A DNA stretch of 63,081 nucleotides, filler included, from Deltaproteobacteria bacterium (GTDB taxonomy: Bacteria; JAUYMQ01), in the NCBI GenBank assembly GCA_030698575.1. It is 14 parts of 14 records of this genome, joined end to end, with 100 filler letters (N's around TTAATTAATTAA, not from the genome) between each part and the next. Parts side by side here need not be neighbours in the genome. Positions count along the whole stretch, not along the records: positions 7,839 to 18,011 come from JAUYMQ010000474.1; positions 18,112 to 21,886 come from JAUYMQ010000483.1; 12 more parts are not named here. One strand, given 5' to 3'. Of the stretch, positions 10,804 to 18,896 are shown piece by piece. A program made the translations under genes and the position numbers. Numbering within the stretch: the first letter of the stretch is position 1; each line of letters opens with the position of its first letter. A model generated the notes under the pieces. That model saw only the letters and a list, made by a program, of their open reading frames with translations. It made no database searches and was not told the origin of the DNA.

Positions 10804-11117
10804 CGAGGTCCACAAAGGCGCTTGAGCCGTTCGCCGTCGAGCCAGTATCGGTCGAACCAAGCGGCCCCGAGCGACGTCCCGCGGCCGCCATCGAGACTCC
10901 CAAGCTCAACGAAGGGACCCGCATGGGGCCACTCACAATCATAAGGACGGACGCTAGTGTTGGACAACGGCTGCGGGCCGAACCATGGGCACTATATGTT
11001 GTGTCTTTCCACAAAATGGATCATATGCGATGTCTGTTTCACGGCGTCTGCAATCCAGTCGTCCTATTTCCTAACACACCGCCTGCCGTGCAGGAAACCA
11101 ATGAGCAAACGCATTAG
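10800..11117 (+). CDS. Hypothetical protein, 105 aa
   Basis: GGAGG RBS and ATGA coupling to the upstream micro-ORF; no recognised motif. Confidence 0.4.
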   Translation: MTRSTKALEPFAVEPVSVEPSGPERRPAAAIETPKLNEGTRMGPLTIIRTDASVGQRLRAEPWALYVVSFHKMDHMRCLFHGVCNPVVLFPNTPPAVQETNEQTH

Positions 11118-11178
11118 TGTGGGTCCTTCGGATTATCGATCCCCTGACCGCCAGCTCCGAAACGAGGAGGTAGAATAA
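11101..11178 (+). CDS. 25-aa micro-ORF (MSKRISVGPSDYRSPDRQLRNEEVE)
   Basis: AGGA RBS; TAATG overlap with the next gene; N-terminus resembles that of the 11712 ORF. Confidence 0.4.
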   Translation: MSKRISVGPSDYRSPDRQLRNEEVE

Positions 11179-11507
11179 TGAGCGACCGGACAGACGAAAC
11201 CCCCGACGGAAAGGAATGGCGGCGCAATTATGTCCGCACCGAGGTGGACCGCCTTCTCCGCGAGCATCGCGAACACCCTGAGCGCGGGTCGCGCCCTGAG
11301 GATCGGGTCGCGCGGCTCGAGCGGATCGTAACTCGCGACGCGGCACGCCATCTGCCGGACTTCAATCCCGAGCGAACTCGCGAGCTGGAAGATTTCGAGA
11401 TCCGTTCGAACCCAGAAGGCTACCTGGCGCGGCACGCCGGCGAGGGGCTGGACCCCGCGACCGAGCGCGAGGTGCGTAGGGCTCTGGCGAAGCGACGGAG
11501 CGGGTAG
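11178..11507 (+). CDS. Hypothetical charged helical protein, 109 aa
   Basis: Strong GAGGAGG RBS, clean ORF, coupled to its neighbours. Confidence 0.7.
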   Translation: MSDRTDETPDGKEWRRNYVRTEVDRLLREHREHPERGSRPEDRVARLERIVTRDAARHLPDFNPERTRELEDFEIRSNPEGYLARHAGEGLDPATEREVRRALAKRRSG

Positions 11508-11711
11508 TGCCCGGAGTTGACACAATGTCCCTGGAGGACGAAAGTAGTCTGTTCCCAGAATTGACGATGCCGGCACCGCATCCGTTAATCGCGAACAGAT
11601 GTGTCCATCGTGCTCAACAGGACGTCATGCTATACCGCGTGAGTTCGACAGAGGATGCTAGCGGGCTTTGCGATCACCCAGCCAAGCGCCGTAGGGCCTT
11701 GGAGGAACCCC

Positions 11712-12797
11712 ATGAGTAAAGTATCGATCGGGCCGCCTGGAATTAAAGTAAGCCCCGAGGCCGCAGTCAACATCAAGGTTGGCCAGGAACTGATGACGGC
11801 CAGGGAGGAATGCGAGGGTGAGAGCGACCAGCATGTTGATCGCGATCCCTTGGAACCTCCTCAACTCGAAGACAAGGGAGACAGCACGGAGTTTGTCGAA
11901 GATGAGCCGCCAGGAAGCAGCTTCGAGCTGCCTTGGAAGGGAAAGTTGCCGCTAATGCACCAGATTCCCAAGCGCCTGCGTCCCCCCTTGCGCTACCGGA
12001 TCGACGGCGACCTGACCGTCCATCCCCTCTACCGAGAGCGATCAAAGAGCGAGGATCTCGAGCACGCCGTTGCGGAGGCGATCGCGGTGCACCTCTGGCG
12101 GACAGGCGTCCGCCTCGTGCAAATAGGAGACTGGTGCCGCATCCCTTCTATAGGCAGCGACGACGAACTCGCCGCCTTGATCCCGGGGACACACAGAAGA
12201 CAGTTGACCGCAAGCCGGATCCACGCCGTAGGCAACGTGCTCAAGGACTTCGCGATCGAGTTGCCAAGTCGCGATGTTGTAACGCCGCAGGCCCTCATCG
12301 ATATCGCCAAACGCCCCCAGGTCCGTTACCAGATCGACGGGAGCTTCGTGGTTCACAAGAAGCGTCGAAGGAACGTAAAGCGCGAGGCCCTTGAACAAGC
12401 CGTCGCCCAAGCCATCGCGCGGCATCTCCAGAACACGGGGTATACCCCGAACGACCCTGGAGACTGGCGTCAGATCCCGGGAATCGGGGCAGATTTCGAT
12501 CTCGCGGTGTTGGTGCCCGAGAGCCACAGGGCCGCGCTCGTCCAGGAATTCGCTGACGTGGTGAAGGCATTCGCCGTCGAATTGCCGAACGGCGATAAAG
12601 TGACCCCTGGGGATCTCATCGAACCAAACAGCATAATAAAGCGCACCACTCGGGGCGCTGCACTCAGGCTTGCGGCACAGCGCCCTGAGGCAATGCCGAG
12701 CGGCGAAACCTGGTCCTCCGCCGACTGGGACGCCTTTGAAGATACGCAGCGGAGGAAGGAGCCCAAGGACGGGAGGCAGGGAGGACTCGAGCCGTGA
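11712..12797 (+). CDS. Hypothetical protein with acidic N-terminal region and a tandemly duplicated ~105-aa domain; possible divergent sigma54-like factor
   Basis: GGAGG RBS before ATG 11712. Repeat units RYRIDG..LEHAVAEAIA.HL..GDW..IP.IG...FAIELP (~11988-12302) and RYQIDG..LEQAVAQAIA.HL..GDW..IP.IG...FAVELP (~12321-12623). Its stop overlaps the GTG of the RNA polymerase gene. Confidence 0.75.
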   Translation: MSKVSIGPPGIKVSPEAAVNIKVGQELMTAREECEGESDQHVDRDPLEPPQLEDKGDSTEFVEDEPPGSSFELPWKGKLPLMHQIPKRLRPPLRYRIDGDLTVHPLYRERSKSEDLEHAVAEAIAVHLWRTGVRLVQIGDWCRIPSIGSDDELAALIPGTHRRQLTASRIHAVGNVLKDFAIELPSRDVVTPQALIDIAKRPQVRYQIDGSFVVHKKRRRNVKREALEQAVAQAIARHLQNTGYTPNDPGDWRQIPGIGADFDLAVLVPESHRAALVQEFADVVKAFAVELPNGDKVTPGDLIEPNSIIKRTTRGAALRLAAQRPEAMPSGETWSSADWDAFEDTQRRKEPKDGRQGGLEP

Positions 12798-15700
12798 TTA
12801 ACGCCGAACTTTACCGGAAGTGGGCCGAGCAACGAGGGCTCGCAGGCCTTGAGTTCCCGGTGAAAAGACGCGGCAAGAAAGTGTTGGCCCGGCTTCCGCT
12901 TCCGGATGACCGCGGAATCTTCTGGCGCGGGAGCATACCCTGCCTGCTGCCGTATCTCCGCGCATACTGGAAGGCCGATTCGAGTGACAGTGACGGCGTG
13001 CCCGAGATCCCATCGTGGCAACCAGATAGCTGGATCAAGCTTACAAGTTCGACCGCCGCCGAGTTGCGACGAATCGCGGACCGGAGCGAAACATGGCCTC
13101 TCGCGTGGCAGTCGAGGCAGCTGAAGAACATCCACCAAGCGCGCAAGCTCGCCCAATCCATGGACGGTGGCCTCGGATACCTGCGATTCTTGCGCGCCGA
13201 CCAGCTTCTCGAATGCATCCTGGGCATGCTCGGGTGCTCTCCCGGGGACGAAACCTTCCTCGCATCGGTCCATAAATACCTCGGGGCCTGGCTCGTGCCG
13301 CTTGATGAAGCCATTCGGGATCGCATCGAAATCCTGGATCGGCGTGTCGAGACGGTACGTATGTATGTTCGAAAGGGGGTACTTAAGTGGACCCGCAGGC
13401 CCCGTTGGTTCCCCGACGAGCTACGCGTCTCGATCATCGATGGTATCGATCCAGTTCATACGCCTGAGAACGCGCGGGCCGGGCTTACCCGTTACCTATG
13501 CGAGGGATGGGGGATTGACGACCATGGCCGGCTCGTGTCTGGCGAAATGGCGACTGGTTGGGGCCCGTCTTCGGCTCTCATCCCACACCGCCACCACGAT
13601 GCACCGCGTCGCCTCATGCTCGGCGCGTCGCTCCAGTCCCGCGGTGTGCCGCTCATCGATCCCGATCGACCCAGCGAACCTGACAAGCTGGGGGGGTGGC
13701 TTCCCGAGGGAAGAAACCTGCGGGCCTCCTTCAGGATGCTCGGCGGCTGGACGCATGAAGACGCTGTCGTGCTGTCGGAGTCCGCGGCTAACAAGCTCTG
13801 CTCTCGGACTGTGCGGCAGATCCGCGTGCTCGTGCCGTCAGTTGCGTCGCGTGTGGAGATCGCGGAGCCTTCGGACGCGCCAATCCCCATCAAGCACCAG
13901 CAGGCCCTCGCACGGGCGTACATCGATGCGTACGCTCTCGGGCTGCGCCGTCACGATGCGAAGGATCTCGGCGCCGATGACGGGTGGATCGAGGTCGCTC
14001 TTCCAGCAGCCTCCGCCCCCTTCGACGGCCAACTCTGCAAACTGACACGACAAGCGCTTCGTACGCCAAAATGGCGCGAGATGATAACGTTCGAGATCGA
14101 ACGCAGTGCCCCAGTGCGCGTCGGCGACAAACTGTCTACGCGACACGGCATCAAGGGTGTCGTCAGCCGCATACTTCCGGATGGGGAGATGCCGCCTGCG
14201 GATGAGCACTCCGCCGAGATCGTACTCTCCCCGCTGAGTATCGTCCGCCGCGGCGCCATGGGGCAGCTTCGAGAAGCCGTGTCGCCTGGTGCCACGGACC
14301 TCCCGCGTGCAGGGACGATCTTCGTCATGCGGCAGCCTCAAGACGCAGACTTGCCCGAGCGCTGCCGCGTCCGGGGTCCCGAGCGAATGGGGAACGAGCA
14401 CCTCCACCACGGCCAGCGATACGGTGAGATGGAGTTTTGGGGGCTGATGGCGCACGGCGCCGCGGCGATCGCGAAGGAGCTGCTCTCGGTCGAGCGCTCG
14501 ACTGCGCCATGGTTGGCATGGGAGGAGAGGATCAAGCCCGGTGGACATCACAAGCTTGCGACGAGAGCGCTGAACCGCTTCCTCGCGGTCGCCGGCGTCC
14601 AGATTCAAGGCGGCTGCTTCGTAGCAAATAGGGAACCTCCCGGTGTCTTCAAGATCGAGCCGAAGTGGAAATTGCGTGGCGACCCTCGCGAGAAGCTGGA
14701 GGACGCGAAATACTTCTATGAGAATGGCGGGCTTGGGGAGCTACCCCTCGGAAGGAGGGTGAGGGCTGCCCTCGACGAGGACTGGCCGATTCCACCCGAC
14801 TTTGAAGAGAGGAGCGTGACGCAAGCCCTGGGCGGGAAGGTCAGGATTGTCCTCGAGAAGCGAATGAACGGTGGAGACGAGCGCTTGATCCCTCGCTTTA
14901 TCGAGCTCGACCAAATCTACATTCTGCCGCCGTGGCTCCGCCCCTCGAGTCCGTCGGAACGTCACGAACTCACGCAAGCGTACTGGCGGCTCATGACTAA
15001 ACTCGCTTGGCCATGGTCGAAACAAGACGAGATCGATCAAGCGGTTGGCAAGTGCATCCGGCTGATGTTCCAGGACAGGCAGGGAGCCGGGGGGTTCCTG
15101 CGTCGAGAGATCCTCGGCAGAAGACTCACACGTTCGGCACGAGCGGTCATCGTGCCCCGGCCAGACCTGCGCATCGACCAGGTGGCAATCCCGCCCTGGA
15201 TGGCGGATCAACTGTTCGAGGGACTCCCTGACACCAACCGCAGCCTCGTACTCGTGAACCGTAACCCGACCCTCCACCGCCAAGGATTACTCGCTCTGCG
15301 CCCTGTTGTAGACCCTTCGAATGAGCCCCATGTGTTCGGACTATCGTTAGGAATCTTGCGTGCGCTCAACGCCGACTTCGACGGTGACCAGGCCAGCGTT
15401 GTCGCGCTAGAAACCGAGGCGGCGCTCGCTGAAGCGGAGCGCTTGCTTCCTGGCGCGGCCGAACTCCGAAGCGACCCGTTCCGATCGGGACAGCCTGCGT
15501 TCCCCTTCGCAGGTGAACTGGCCGACCCCTCCAACGAGAAAGCCCTGGCCCGCAATGCGTCATTGGCACAAGAGGACTGGTGCGAGAAAAATCGTGAACT
15601 ACAGAACGCGCGACTGCAAAGCCTCGGCGACGGCTGGCAACTGCCCTTGATTAAAGATGCAATTGCGAAGAACATCGAGCTATGGCAAGGAATGAACGAC

Positions 15701-16171
15701 GACGACTGGCGCACGTTCGCGGCGCAGGAGATGGAGAAGGTCTTCCGCGGAGTCCGGCGCAAAGGCCAGCTTGGCGGCGTCCTCCGACGCGAGGTATATC
15801 GACGGTCCTACACCGACGACGACTCCTTCGGGCGCTCGGTCCAGGCTCTTCAGGCTGTCACCGAGCGGATGACGCAAACGGCTCTCTCGGTGAAGTCCGG
15901 GGCAGGTCCTACTACCTTCAACGCTCGGCGGTACTTCGACGATCCGGCGGGCGCCAAGGCGATGCTCGCCATCCTCTCCGAAAGAATGGAGGAAAGCCTC
16001 GACGCAGACCTACTCGCGGACTCCCTCGGCGCCCCCAATGACCCGAATGGGTTGCTCGCCTGGATGGCAAAGCCCAACCTTCACACATTACTCGAGCTTG
16101 CTGTTGGGAACCTCCACGACCCGGCTGCCCAGCCCGAAGCGGATCCTCGGATGGCATGGTTCCTGGACTGA
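12794..16171 (+). CDS. Single-chain, miniaturised two-barrel RNA polymerase (RpoB-like core fused to RpoC-like core), 1125 aa
   Basis: Beta motifs in order: IDPVHTPENARAGL, SALIPHRHHDAPRRLMLGASLQ, GRNL..GWTHEDAVVLSES, GDKLSTRHGIKGVVS, SPLSIVRRGAMGQ, GQRYGEMEFWGL. Beta' motifs follow: ILPPWLRP, ILGRRLTRSARAVIVP, LVNRNPTLHRQG, NADFDGDQ (15368-15391), and a trigger-loop-like QAVTERMTQTALSVK. Confidence 0.92.
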   Translation: MINAELYRKWAEQRGLAGLEFPVKRRGKKVLARLPLPDDRGIFWRGSIPCLLPYLRAYWKADSSDSDGVPEIPSWQPDSWIKLTSSTAAELRRIADRSETWPLAWQSRQLKNIHQARKLAQSMDGGLGYLRFLRADQLLECILGMLGCSPGDETFLASVHKYLGAWLVPLDEAIRDRIEILDRRVETVRMYVRKGVLKWTRRPRWFPDELRVSIIDGIDPVHTPENARAGLTRYLCEGWGIDDHGRLVSGEMATGWGPSSALIPHRHHDAPRRLMLGASLQSRGVPLIDPDRPSEPDKLGGWLPEGRNLRASFRMLGGWTHEDAVVLSESAANKLCSRTVRQIRVLVPSVASRVEIAEPSDAPIPIKHQQALARAYIDAYALGLRRHDAKDLGADDGWIEVALPAASAPFDGQLCKLTRQALRTPKWREMITFEIERSAPVRVGDKLSTRHGIKGVVSRILPDGEMPPADEHSAEIVLSPLSIVRRGAMGQLREAVSPGATDLPRAGTIFVMRQPQDADLPERCRVRGPERMGNEHLHHGQRYGEMEFWGLMAHGAAAIAKELLSVERSTAPWLAWEERIKPGGHHKLATRALNRFLAVAGVQIQGGCFVANREPPGVFKIEPKWKLRGDPREKLEDAKYFYENGGLGELPLGRRVRAALDEDWPIPPDFEERSVTQALGGKVRIVLEKRMNGGDERLIPRFIELDQIYILPPWLRPSSPSERHELTQAYWRLMTKLAWPWSKQDEIDQAVGKCIRLMFQDRQGAGGFLRREILGRRLTRSARAVIVPRPDLRIDQVAIPPWMADQLFEGLPDTNRSLVLVNRNPTLHRQGLLALRPVVDPSNEPHVFGLSLGILRALNADFDGDQASVVALETEAALAEAERLLPGAAELRSDPFRSGQPAFPFAGELADPSNEKALARNASLAQEDWCEKNRELQNARLQSLGDGWQLPLIKDAIAKNIELWQGMNDDDWRTFAAQEMEKVFRGVRRKGQLGGVLRREVYRRSYTDDDSFGRSVQALQAVTERMTQTALSVKSGAGPTTFNARRYFDDPAGAKAMLAILSERMEESLDADLLADSLGAPNDPNGLLAWMAKPNLHTLLELAVGNLHDPAAQPEADPRMAWFLD

Positions 16172-16533
16172 TCTGGCAGGCGACACGGCGCAAGGCCGAT
16201 TGGAGCCGTCATATTCGGTGTCTGCGCGAGACTGGCTCCACCTTTCGACCCGCTTCTCGAGCACTCTCATGTGGATGGCGAATTGATACTCAGGCTGATA
16301 TCGGGCCTCATATAGCTGTGCGTGGTGAATTCTGAATCACGCTGCCATCGGGAGCTTGTGCGGCCTTCGGCAATGGGCTTCGAGCGGCTAGGTTTCAGAA
16401 GCCGGGCGATCGTGGTCAGCGCGGTGCCCCAGGACTGTAAACAGGGACTTCATGGTGCGGAAGCCTTCGGTAATCGCGATGGTGAATCTGTCACAGGTCC
16501 TCACACAGGCCGGCACACCGATCCTAGATCCAC

Positions 16534-17532
16534 ATGGTTTTTCGAATGAATGGTACACATTCAAGTCGCCGCCGAAACCCTTCGGGGGCTAGCCAGTCAA
16601 GGTCCTCACGCCTCCGGGAGGCCCCGGCCGGTCATGCGTACCGGCTGGTACTCGCAATCTGGGACCGCATGCGCCGGAATGCTCGCGTCCGACCGGAATG
16701 GCGACGCGTAGTGGAGAGGGCCGTTCACGCAATGGAAGCCGCCTCGGGATTAGCGGCCGAGAAACTCCTCACAGCCCCTGATCGTCCGTGCGCAGCCCTT
16801 GCGGACCAATTCGACTTGGGAGCGATCCTCGAGTTTTCGGGTGCCGTCCCTATCTGGGAATCGGCAGTACGTACGGGGCGGCGGCCAGCGCAGTCGATCC
16901 CACAAAACCAGAAGCTCTTCCATGGCACCACCGATGCGGCGACCCACTACTTCAACGGCATCCGCAAACTCGCCCTCCGCAATGCCCCGCAACTCTTCGA
17001 GGCGCTCAGTGCCCGTCGGGTACAGTTTGGACGAGTTCTTGACCTTGGAGCGGGAACCGGCGACTACGCTGCCGCGATGATCGATCGTGGCATTGCGAGG
17101 GATGTTCTTTGTGTAGACCAACAGTACGTTATCGACCTGCCGGCCAGGCAGCGACGGAGCAGTCTACGCTGGCAGGCAGCAGATCTTCGGCGACTGTCTC
17201 TACCGAGCGAGGAGCCGTTCGATGCGGTATGGATCAGCAACGTGCTTCATCACTACTCCGCGCGGACTGACGCGGAGATCCTCCGCCGTTGCGCGCGGAA
17301 TCTAGCATCGGACGGCAGCTTGCTCATCCACGAGTACCTCCTTGACGGGGCAGGCACGCAAGCTCTCGCAGCCGGGGTGCTTGGGCTGCACTTTGCTCTC
17401 ACAACAGGTGGTGGCCGCTGTTATTCCCTCCAAGAATTGCTGGATCTCTGCGCCCGAGCCACCCCGTTCAATTCGATTGAGTTCTCACTGACCTTACCGA
17501 TTTCGACCGTGGTTATCCTCCGTCGGGGCTGA
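16534..17532 (+). CDS. Class I SAM-dependent methyltransferase (O-methyltransferase-like); start uncertain
   Basis: RVLDLGAGTG, VLCVD, FDAVWISNVLHHYS..IL..L..DGSLLIHEY and GGRCYS. Confidence 0.8.
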   Translation: MVFRMNGTHSSRRRNPSGASQSRSSRLREAPAGHAYRLVLAIWDRMRRNARVRPEWRRVVERAVHAMEAASGLAAEKLLTAPDRPCAALADQFDLGAILEFSGAVPIWESAVRTGRRPAQSIPQNQKLFHGTTDAATHYFNGIRKLALRNAPQLFEALSARRVQFGRVLDLGAGTGDYAAAMIDRGIARDVLCVDQQYVIDLPARQRRSSLRWQAADLRRLSLPSEEPFDAVWISNVLHHYSARTDAEILRRCARNLASDGSLLIHEYLLDGAGTQALAAGVLGLHFALTTGGGRCYSLQELLDLCARATPFNSIEFSLTLPISTVVILRRG

Positions 17533-17546
17533 ACTACCGACGTCCG

Positions 17547-18011
17547 CTACTTCCTCCACTTCCTCGCTCGCCTCCCTCTTGCTCGCAGATGCTGCAACGC
17601 CTTCGCCGCCCCGTCCTCTGAGTCGAATTTAACGATTGCAAAGGGTTGCTTACCGTCAGGCTGAATGATGGAGATCTTTGTTGCCCTCAGCGGAAGCCAC
17701 CTCTGGATCGTCTTCTTGTCTACGTTCGCCGCACCACCGAGATCGAGAAACAGTTCCCCTGGTCGTTTGACGGTTGCCGGTCCTCCCGCGCCGGAACCCT
17801 CAACCATGACGCGCTGGGCCGCTACGACCTCCCCGCAAGCATCCACGAAAGTCGAACCCGTCGATTCGAGGACCGCTCCCGCGACCGTAGCGGCGCATCG
17901 CTGCCGAAGCGGCGACTGCACCCTGGGCTGTTGCGCTGCAATTAAGCCGGATGCAGCGCGAATGATTTCACCTCGCAGAGTCCAGCGCGCAAGTTGTAGG
18001 CTTTGCTCCAG
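17547..18011 (-). CDS. C-terminal part of a protein ending in an RRM-like domain; 5' truncated
   Basis: Frame is open to the contig end (LEQSLQLARW...). ELFLDLGG (RNP2-like) and PFAIVKFDSEDGAAKALQHL (RNP1-like). Confidence 0.55.
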   Translation of the reverse strand: MEQSLQLARWTLRGEIIRAASGLIAAQQPRVQSPLRQRCAATVAGAVLESTGSTFVDACGEVVAAQRVMVEGSGAGGPATVKRPGELFLDLGGAANVDKKTIQRWLPLRATKISIIQPDGKQPFAIVKFDSEDGAAKALQHLRARGRRARKWRK

Positions 18012-18124
18012 NNNNNNNNNNNNNNNNNNNNNNNNNNNNNNNNNNNNNNNNNNNNTTAATTAATTAANNNNNNNNNNNNNNNNNNNNNNNNNNNNNNNNN
18101 NNNNNNNNNNNTCCATGAAATCGA

Positions 18125-18307
18125 TCATTCCAGCCCCCTCTTGTCGCGGCACGGGGCACAGGCATCGAGCACGAGGCGCGCGCTCTCTTCCCCGCAGAGG
18201 GAGCACACGCCAGGGTAGCCCGCGGCGAGCGGCCTCGCGCGCGCCCGCGCGATTCCCTCATCGATGCGGCGCTGGTTGCGCTCCGTCGCTTCGTCGACGT
18301 CATCCAT
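18125..18307 (-). CDS. Phage TraR/DksA-like C4 zinc-finger protein
   Basis: N-terminal DDVDEA, then CSLCGE...CAPC. Confidence 0.75.
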   Translation of the reverse strand: MDDVDEATERNQRRIDEGIARARARPLAAGYPGVCSLCGEESARLVLDACAPCRDKRGLE

Positions 18308-18896
18308 CGGTCTTCCCCCAGGTCAATTCGTAGAAACGTTCGAGGAACTTCTTCTCGGCGGCCCGCCAGTCCCAGCACTCGATCTTCACCTTCGGCACCT
18401 CGGTCACGCCCCAGTCACCCCAAGGCAGGTGCGACGGGTTCATAACCGCCGCCTTCTCTGCGAAGCAGATGGCGATGTCCATCTTCTTGACCGACGAATC
18501 GAGCTCGTACGGGAGCCCGAAGCGGCGAGCGAACGCGCGCCAGTTCAGGTCCTCGAGCGCCCGGTAGTCAGGGAGGTCTTCCTTCGCCGGCCGGTTCACG
18601 TCGTTCAGGACGTACTCCGGCCCGTCGTGCATCAGGCCTTGGAACGCAAACGGCCGTGGCACCAGGTATGAGATGTGGTAGCTGTGCTCCGCGACGCTGT
18701 AGTGGTCGCGGCAGGCGCCCGTGTACCGGCACAGCATCGCGAGGTGGTGCGCTACATCCTCGATGAAGATGTCCTCGGGCCGCGGGTCGGAGGGCCAGTA
18801 CGGGCGGCCGCTGACGGTCTGCATCCAGCGGCCTTTGCGCGCGGGCGTTCTTGGCGCGTACTCCTCGTACTTCGACCAAGGAGAGGTGTCGATCAT
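18300..18896 (-). CDS. HD-domain nucleotidase (YfbR/YfdR-like)
   Basis: IEDVAHHLAMLCRYTG, HYSVAEHS and LMHDGPEYVLNDV; start coupled by ATGA. Confidence 0.85.
   Translation of the reverse strand: MIDTSPWSKYEEYAPRTPARKGRWMQTVSGRPYWPSDPRPEDIFIEDVAHHLAMLCRYTGACRDHYSVAEHSYHISYLVPRPFAFQGLMHDGPEYVLNDVNRPAKEDLPDYRALEDLNWRAFARRFGLPYELDSSVKKMDIAICFAEKAAVMNPSHLPWGDWGVTEVPKVKIECWDWRAAEKKFLERFYELTWGKTDG

Noticed and set aside
11507-11719. 70-aa ORF and TTGACA/TTGACG hexamers as a definite gene or sigma70 promoter
   Set aside because: The ORF overlaps both neighbours but has no motif or clear RBS, and the -10 spacing or match is poor. Left uncalled.
12794-16171. Calling the ORF the housekeeping rpoB/rpoC or a pseudogene of it
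   Set aside because: It is under half the expected length and strongly diverged between motifs, with no ribosomal-protein context. It is nevertheless one uninterrupted frame with the catalytic residues kept.
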